Below are positions 58,170-64,000 of a DNA stretch of 64,000 nt, one piece after another. The number at the start of each line of letters is the position of its first letter. The stretch's first letter is position 1. Both the position numbers and the translations under genes were made by a program. Source of the stretch: Candidatus Shapirobacteria bacterium (GTDB lineage Bacteria > Patescibacteriota > Microgenomatia > UBA12405); NCBI GenBank assembly GCA_041649835.1, contig JBAZML010000003.1, positions 1,451-65,450 on the forward strand, written 5' to 3'. A model generated the notes under the pieces. It ran no database searches. It saw only the letters and a program-made list of their open reading frames with translations, and was not told the DNA's origin.

Positions 58170-58853
58170 ATGAAAAAAGAAAACCCAAAAATTTCCGCTG
58201 CGCTTAGAACTGTCACTGGACGTGCTGTCAAAAAACTCCGAAAATCTGGTCTTACTCCAGCAACTATTTACGGAAATAAGTTTGAACCCATATCCATCGA
58301 ACTTTTAACCTTAGAACTCAATAAACTGTTTGATCATGCTGGGGAATCTTTACTTGTTGAAATTGTTGTCGCTGAAAATAGTTATCCTGTAATCTTTAAG
58401 AATCCTCAATTCCACCCAATTTCCGGTGATTTAATTCATATTGACTGTTATAAAGTTAACCTTAAAGAAAAAATTACTACTACTGTTCCAGTTGAAATTA
58501 TTGGAGAATCTTTGGCTGTTAAAAACGGTAATACTTTAATGCAAATTCTTGACGAGATAGAAATTGAAGCTCTACCTTCTGATCTTCCTGAAAAAATTGA
58601 AATTGATATTACTAATCTACTTGAGGTGGATGACAAGGTCACCGTGGCTCAGCTCAACATCGACCGTACTTTAATTGAAATCAAAAATGATCCTGAACAA
58701 GTTGTTGTCATTATTGAAGCTCAACGGGTTGAGGAAGAAATTCCTGTCGTCGAAGAGACAACTCCGGTTGACGTTCCCGCCACTGCTCAAAAGACTGAAG
58801 AGGAAAAAGCTGCTAAGGAAGCTGAGGATGCAGCAGAGAAGTCCGATAAGTAA
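58170..58853 (+). CDS. rplY: 50S ribosomal protein bL25/Ctc
   Basis: KKLRKSG.TPATIYG, QFHP...IHID, ALPSDLPE; acidic tail. Confidence 0.95.
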   Translation: MKKENPKISAALRTVTGRAVKKLRKSGLTPATIYGNKFEPISIELLTLELNKLFDHAGESLLVEIVVAENSYPVIFKNPQFHPISGDLIHIDCYKVNLKEKITTTVPVEIIGESLAVKNGNTLMQILDEIEIEALPSDLPEKIEIDITNLLEVDDKVTVAQLNIDRTLIEIKNDPEQVVVIIEAQRVEEEIPVVEETTPVDVPATAQKTEEEKAAKEAEDAAEKSDK

Positions 58854-59238
58854 AATATATTTTACTGATATCCTCCCGAATAGGATCAAGTTTATAGGCG
58901 CTTTCAATTGCTCTATAAGCTTGTTCTCTTTGGCTAAGTCGGTATAATAATACTGCTATTTCCATCCAATCATCGGCATTCTTTTCATTCTTTGTTTCCA
59001 AAACTCCAAGTCTTTTTTGTAATTCCTCGATTTTATTTTTTTTACTAAAATTTTCAATATCAATAATATTTAATCTTTTCTCAACTATTTTTGCTTTTTC
59101 CAAGTCACCTTTGTTTATTAATAGATACCACTTTTGTAAATTACGGTAGTATCGTTCTCCGTACGAGATTGGCCAAATCTTAACCACGTTTGCAATAATT
59201 ATCCAAATTAACAAGCTAATCAACACCGTATCTTTCAT
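58813..59238 (-). CDS. Membrane-anchored TPR-like hypothetical protein
   Basis: N-terminal TM; WxxxAxLxYRL...AYxxIExAYKLDP. Confidence 0.65.
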   Translation of the reverse strand: MKDTVLISLLIWIIIANVVKIWPISYGERYYRNLQKWYLLINKGDLEKAKIVEKRLNIIDIENFSKKNKIEELQKRLGVLETKNEKNADDWMEIAVLLYRLSQREQAYRAIESAYKLDPIREDISKIYFTYRTSLLHPQLP

Positions 59239-59289
59239 AATCTTCTCATTTTAGCATGTAGAGACGTCAAAAAATGATAAAATACCCCG

Positions 59290-60366
59290 ATGTTTATTCT
59301 GGATATTTCCAAAAATTATAATCAAGTTCTCAAAAAAACTGCTGCGGCAATTTCTGCCGGTAAATTAGTTATCTTTCCATCTGACACGGTTTATATTTTG
59401 GCGGTTGATCCAACCAATCAAAAAGCTGTCGATATTCTTCTCTCTTTTAAAAACAGGTGGACTGGCAAGGCTATTTCAATTGCCGTTTCAGACATTAATA
59501 TGGCCGAAAAATACGTTGAAATTTCTACTAATACCAAGAATTTATATCAAAATTTACTCCCTGGTCCTTTTACAATCATTTCTCCGGGCCACCATCATGT
59601 CGCCAAGGGTATCGAAGCCGAAAATGGAACCTTAGGAATTCGTATTCCTGACTCAAAATACATTTTAGATTTAATTAAACTATTGGGAAAACCTATAACC
59701 GCCACTTCAGCCAATCTCAGTGGTCGGACACCAAATTATTCTGTAGCCACTTTTCTTCGACCACTTTCTCAAAAAAAGAAAGATATTATTTCCTTAATTG
59801 TTGATGCCGGAAAACTACCAAAGAATAAGCCCTCCACAGTTATAGACGCTGTAGGCAATGAAATAACCATTCTTCGTCGGGGTGATTTAATTACCGGATC
59901 TTCAGAAACCCTAGTCTCAAAATCAGAAGCGGAAACCGGAAAAATAGCTGAATTTTTACTTCAAAAAGCTATTAAACTTGGTCAAGATAAACCGATTATA
60001 TTTTCTCTATCCGGTGATTTAGGTTGTGGTAAAACTGTATTTTCACGAAGTATAGGGAAAAAAATGGGCATAACTCAAAGAATCCTTTCACCAACCTTTG
60101 TAATTTATAATCAATATCCACTTTCAAATTCTAACTTCAAAATTTTTTATCATTTTGACCTCTATCGTCTAACCAGCAATTTTGAATATCAGGAAATTGG
60201 TTTTTTCAATCACTTTTCACCTAGAACTATTTCTTGCATTGAATGGCCGGAAAATATGGGAGTTGATATTTTTAAAAAAATTAAAGAAAAATCTAACTTC
60301 ATCTCTATTAACTTTTCTTATCTTGATCCGACCACTCGCCAAATTTCCTTTTCTTTTTCTAAATAA
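59290..60366 (+). CDS. tsaC: Fused threonylcarbamoyl-AMP synthase (TsaC/Sua5-YrdC) and TsaE ATPase
   Basis: PSDTVY, KxR, PGPFT, GIRIP, TSANLSG, PSTVID; then LSGDLGCGKT, SPTF, HFDLYRL, IEWPE. Confidence 0.9.
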   Translation: MFILDISKNYNQVLKKTAAAISAGKLVIFPSDTVYILAVDPTNQKAVDILLSFKNRWTGKAISIAVSDINMAEKYVEISTNTKNLYQNLLPGPFTIISPGHHHVAKGIEAENGTLGIRIPDSKYILDLIKLLGKPITATSANLSGRTPNYSVATFLRPLSQKKKDIISLIVDAGKLPKNKPSTVIDAVGNEITILRRGDLITGSSETLVSKSEAETGKIAEFLLQKAIKLGQDKPIIFSLSGDLGCGKTVFSRSIGKKMGITQRILSPTFVIYNQYPLSNSNFKIFYHFDLYRLTSNFEYQEIGFFNHFSPRTISCIEWPENMGVDIFKKIKEKSNFISINFSYLDPTTRQISFSFSK

Positions 60367-61141
60367 ATTTGAAATCTTCCAAAAACTTCTGACATTCTTT
60401 TTTTAATTCTTCCTTGGCATTGTGGACACATTGAATAGTATATTTATTATCATCCTTTTCAATGTCTATAATTTTCTGATTAGAGATATCATAAACATAA
60501 CTTTTTTCTCCTCCAACCAGAAAGGTATCAGTAAAAGTCCTGCCGGAGTTAACCCAAGACCATTCTTTACCGGTATGTACTGTTATATTTCCTAAATAAT
60601 TTGAAAATACATATCTTTTGCCACTATCTTCTGTCTCAACTGTCAATTTTCTTTTACTGTCATATCTGACACTAAATCCATCTTCTTTACTTTCAAAAAT
60701 TTCAATTAGTTTTATGGTTGGAGTAACTTCGTCATTAGTTAATGTCACTATTGGTGTTGTTGTTAATGACGGTGTGATTGTGGTTTTTTTTGTTTCAGTT
60801 CCCGTATCATCATTTTTCAATTTTTCACAAATTCCACCTACACCTTGTTTCACTAAAGTAGTCCCGTTGTCATTCGTTGTAATATTTCCTGTTTCATTAC
60901 ATTCCAAACCATCTTCACATTGCACTACTCCCTTTGGTCCTGCTCCACAAAATTCTCCTTCTTTTGCTTTTAAAATTGCTTTAGTTGGGGTAATTACCGG
61001 AATCGTAATCTCATTTATTTGCTTTTTATTCTGTCCTATTAACCAAAATATGCCAACTCCTGATACTGCCAACAATAATATACTACCTAATATGTATTTT
61101 ATCGGACTATTTGGAGTAATTAAGTTGGTTCTTTCGGCCAT
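60359..61141 (-). CDS. Membrane-anchored hypothetical protein with Cys-rich minidomain and Thr/Pro linkers
   Basis: TM; GEFCG...CEDGLEC...GICE. Confidence 0.7.
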   Translation of the reverse strand: MAERTNLITPNSPIKYILGSILLLAVSGVGIFWLIGQNKKQINEITIPVITPTKAILKAKEGEFCGAGPKGVVQCEDGLECNETGNITTNDNGTTLVKQGVGGICEKLKNDDTGTETKKTTITPSLTTTPIVTLTNDEVTPTIKLIEIFESKEDGFSVRYDSKRKLTVETEDSGKRYVFSNYLGNITVHTGKEWSWVNSGRTFTDTFLVGGEKSYVYDISNQKIIDIEKDDNKYTIQCVHNAKEELKKECQKFLEDFKFI

Positions 61142-61162
61142 ATAATCTATAATACACCACCT

Positions 61163-62185
61163 ATGTACATTCTTGGCATTGAAACTAGCTGTGATGATAC
61201 TTGTGCTGCCGTTCTAAAAGACAGTCAAATTTTAAGCAACATTATTTCTTCTCAAATTGATCTTCATAAAATTTGGGGTGGAGTAGTTCCAGATATTGCT
61301 AAAAGAGCCCATCAGGAAAGAATTAACCCAGTTATAGAAACCGCCTTAAAAAGGGCAAAATTAACTATAAAGGATATTAACTTAATTGCCGTTACCAAAG
61401 GTCCCGGATTGGCTATCGCTTTAGGAGTTGGAGTTAAGACTGCCAAAGAGTTAGCCGGTAAGTATCACAAAAAAATTGTCGCCGTTAATCATATTGAAGG
61501 ACATATGTTGGCTAATTTTTTAACCAATAGTAAAGGTCTTCCCCAACGTCCTTTTATTTTCCCAGCACTAACTCTAACTGTTTCCGGTGGTCACACTAAA
61601 ATTATTTTAATTAAAAAACTAGGGGATTATGAAGTAGTTGGTGAAACTCTTGATGATGCCGCCGGTGAGGCTTTGGATAAGTCTGCCAAACTTTTAGGAC
61701 TTGGATATCCGGGAGGTCCAGTAATTGAGAGACTGGCCCTAAAAGGGGATAGTAGTTTCTTAAAATTACCCACTCCAATTGCAAATAAAAAAATTCTCGA
61801 TTATTCTTTTTCTGGTCTTAAAACTGCTTTTTATTATCAAATTAGAGATTGGTCAAAAGCAAAGATATCAAAAAATTTAGCTGATTTAGCCGCTTCTTTT
61901 CAAACAGCGGTTTTTGATACATTATTAAGAAAATTCTCTCTTGCTGTTGAAAAATATCAACCATCTTGTCTTTTAATTTCCGGTGGCGTGGCTGCCAATT
62001 TGACTCTGCGAAAGCGGGTAAGGGCACTGGCCAAAAAATATAAATTACCAATATATTTACCCTTTAAAAAAGAACTAAATACCGACAATGCCGCCATGAT
62101 TGCTCTTGCTGGTTACTATCAAGCTAAAAGGGGAGACTATGCTAATTTAGAGACTTTCGACATCGATTCCCGCGCTGAGTTATAA
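61163..62185 (+). CDS. tsaD: tRNA t6A37 threonylcarbamoyltransferase
   Basis: GIETSCDDT, HIEGH, SGGHT, DDAAGEALDK, SFSGLKT, DNAAMI. Confidence 0.97.
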   Translation: MYILGIETSCDDTCAAVLKDSQILSNIISSQIDLHKIWGGVVPDIAKRAHQERINPVIETALKRAKLTIKDINLIAVTKGPGLAIALGVGVKTAKELAGKYHKKIVAVNHIEGHMLANFLTNSKGLPQRPFIFPALTLTVSGGHTKIILIKKLGDYEVVGETLDDAAGEALDKSAKLLGLGYPGGPVIERLALKGDSSFLKLPTPIANKKILDYSFSGLKTAFYYQIRDWSKAKISKNLADLAASFQTAVFDTLLRKFSLAVEKYQPSCLLISGGVAANLTLRKRVRALAKKYKLPIYLPFKKELNTDNAAMIALAGYYQAKRGDYANLETFDIDSRAEL

Positions 62186-62191
62186 TTGAGT

Positions 62192-62434
62192 ATGCGAATA
62201 CAACTATACGATCGAGGTTTACCTCCAGGAAAACAATTATTTGCCAATCTTCAAAACTTGTGTCAACGTCTTCAGATTGATTATGATCCCGAATACAGTA
62301 AAGATATGACTCGGGTTTATGCTATGGGTTTACAGGGGAATACCATTCTTTTAATTGACGGTGAGGTCGCTCTCATCGACAAATATCCATCGACAAAAGA
62401 ACTTGAAAACATTCTCAATGACTATCGAAAATAA
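62192..62434 (+). CDS. Thioredoxin-fold (MTH895-like) protein lacking CxxC
   Basis: Overall pattern ...LIDGEV....YPSxxELxxIL. Confidence 0.6.
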   Translation: MRIQLYDRGLPPGKQLFANLQNLCQRLQIDYDPEYSKDMTRVYAMGLQGNTILLIDGEVALIDKYPSTKELENILNDYRK

Positions 62435-62454
62435 AAAGTGGTAATATAGGCCAA

Positions 62455-62982
62455 ATGGCTAAAAATGATCTTGAGGGTGTTGTTCTAAGGGCTGTAATCT
62501 TTGATGTCAACAACAATATTCCCCTTATTAGACATCGGAGTGGTTGGTTTGGTTTGCCTGGTGGTCATATTAAAAAAAACGAGGTTGGTGAAGGAATAGA
62601 ATTAATTAGTGACAAAATTCCACTTCCATTGATTAGGGAAGTTCATGAAGAATGTGTAAAACTTGACATCTCCAAAGATAAGTCAGCTTGTCTTGGTTTA
62701 GTCGAGACGAATGTAACTTTTGGTAACAATGATCCACAGCATCTTACGGCCGTTATTTATGTAGTTAAACATCCGGAAATTATTAATATTGGCAATAGTA
62801 AAAGACTTATTTTAACAAGCCTTGACAATCTTCCGGCTCCACTTTTTCCCGATGCTCAAAAGACCTTTGATAGATTGAAAGCAGGTGGAAAAGGAACAAT
62901 TTTTCCAGAATTTTTAAACCGTGAGTCAACAAGCATCGCTAATTTTGAAATGTCATCTAGAATAATTGGTTACACATCCTAA
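62455..62982 (+). CDS. Nudix-family hydrolase
   Basis: LPGGH...REVHEE with an insertion in the Nudix box. Confidence 0.7.
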   Translation: MAKNDLEGVVLRAVIFDVNNNIPLIRHRSGWFGLPGGHIKKNEVGEGIELISDKIPLPLIREVHEECVKLDISKDKSACLGLVETNVTFGNNDPQHLTAVIYVVKHPEIINIGNSKRLILTSLDNLPAPLFPDAQKTFDRLKAGGKGTIFPEFLNRESTSIANFEMSSRIIGYTS

Positions 62983-63695
62983 ATTCCAAATAATCTCTTT
63001 GCATTGTTATCCAAAATTTTTTCAGTAGTATTAAAGCTTTCACCCCAAATCTCGGCAATTTTTTGATAAACGTATTTTACGTATTCTGGTTTATTTTCTT
63101 GTCCTCGAAATGGTTCTGGTGTTAGGAGGGGGGAGTCAGTTTCCGCTAAAATTTTGTCTTGGGGAATTGCTTTGACTACCTCTTCCAATCCAACTTCATA
63201 GGTTAAATTACCGTCAAATCCAAAATACCATTCGCCGGGTAAGTCGAGTACTTTTTTTACCCTTTTTTTACCACCACCATAACAATGAATCACTCCTCTT
63301 AAATTTCTATATTCACCGAGAATTTGAATTGTTTCATCAACCGCCTTTCTGGCATGAATTATTAGTGGCTTGTTATATTTTTGAGCAAGTTCTATTTGTT
63401 TTCTAAAATATTGTATTTGTTTTTCAGTATCCACCTCTCCCAAATATTCTAATCCGCACTCTCCAATCGCGATTACATTTGGATTTTTAACCAATTCTTC
63501 CAATAAATTTATATCATCAGATATTTCTTGGGGGTGTATTCCGACAGCAGGATGCAAGAAAGGATATTTATCGGCCAACAATAAATTGTTTCTGGAAGTT
63601 TCCAAGTTTGCTCCCGATAAAATCACCGCATCAAGAGACTCTCCCCCAACTATGTCGCACAATGTTGAATCAATATGAGCGTGGGTATCTATCAT
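62979..63695 (-). CDS. tatD: TatD family deoxyribonuclease
   Basis: IDTHAH, GIHP, IGECGL, IHAR, ETDSP. Confidence 0.95.
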   Translation of the reverse strand: MIDTHAHIDSTLCDIVGGESLDAVILSGANLETSRNNLLLADKYPFLHPAVGIHPQEISDDINLLEELVKNPNVIAIGECGLEYLGEVDTEKQIQYFRKQIELAQKYNKPLIIHARKAVDETIQILGEYRNLRGVIHCYGGGKKRVKKVLDLPGEWYFGFDGNLTYEVGLEEVVKAIPQDKILAETDSPLLTPEPFRGQENKPEYVKYVYQKIAEIWGESFNTTEKILDNNAKRLFGI

Positions 63696-64000
63696 TTTAT
63701 TCTTGGAAACAAACCACTATCTAATGGTTTAATTTCTCCATCTAATTGCCCCAATATTTTTTTCGAGATTTCCGGCATTATCGGTAATAAAGCTGTCGCT
63801 GCAGTTTTCAAATTTTGGGCACATTCGATTAAGACAGCAATTCTATTTGGATCATTAGCTTCCAATTTCCATGGTGTTACTTCATTAAGTCGATTGTTTG
63901 ATTTATCAACATACTTCTCAAGAATAATTCCTATAGCTTCGTCAAATTTTAGGTTATCGATCAAGTTCTTGTATTCTTCACTAACTTGCAATTCGTTACT
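63692..64000 (-). CDS. metG: Methionyl-tRNA synthetase, C-terminal part (gene continues beyond the window)
   Basis: PWKL, LxPIMPExS..I..QL, LFPRI; metG-tatD order. Confidence 0.85.
   Translation of the reverse strand, partial: SNELQVSEEYKNLIDNLKFDEAIGIILEKYVDKSNNRLNEVTPWKLEANDPNRIAVLIECAQNLKTAATALLPIMPEISKKILGQLDGEIKPLDSGLFPRIK

Noticed and set aside
1-64000. CRISPR array, IS elements, rRNA intron or UGA recoding
   Set aside because: No spaced repeats or transposases seen; 16S length is normal; conserved genes are intact under code 11 and several end in TGA.

Overview
AT-rich, extremely compact chromosomal segment of a Candidate Phyla Radiation (Patescibacteria) bacterium. The 16S rRNA and gene set point to the Microgenomates/OP11 group, possibly Shapirobacteria (inference). 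It uses standard genetic code 11. Content: about 70 CDS (cell-envelope and glycosyltransferase genes, lower glycolysis/pentose genes, rpoD-dnaG, recF, xth, a Xer-like recombinase, a VirB4/TraG-like ATPase, pilins, t6A genes), a stand-alone 16S rRNA gene, tmRNA next to smpB, and five tRNAs. I saw no CRISPR array, IS element or prophage. The main discovery candidate is at 55603-58096 (minus strand): a sigma70 promoter, an unannotated 23-aa Trp-containing leader peptide, and 1:2, 2:3 and 3:4 attenuator hairpins. The terminator abuts a tRNA-Trp gene, which is followed by an orphan trpB and trpS. This looks like a Trp-starvation-induced indole-salvage and decoding module in a lineage normally auxotrophic for amino acids. 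The stable RNAs are also non-canonical: a tmRNA without the G3·U70/A73 alanine identity elements and with a 31-residue tag, an archaeal-type tRNA-Tyr, a tRNA-Ile(UAU), and an atypical initiator-like tRNA-Met. Other points are a TsaC-TsaE fusion, widespread leaderless promoter architecture, and a CCCGA-N-TCGGG palindrome next to stable-RNA genes. All product calls come from motif recognition, not database searches.
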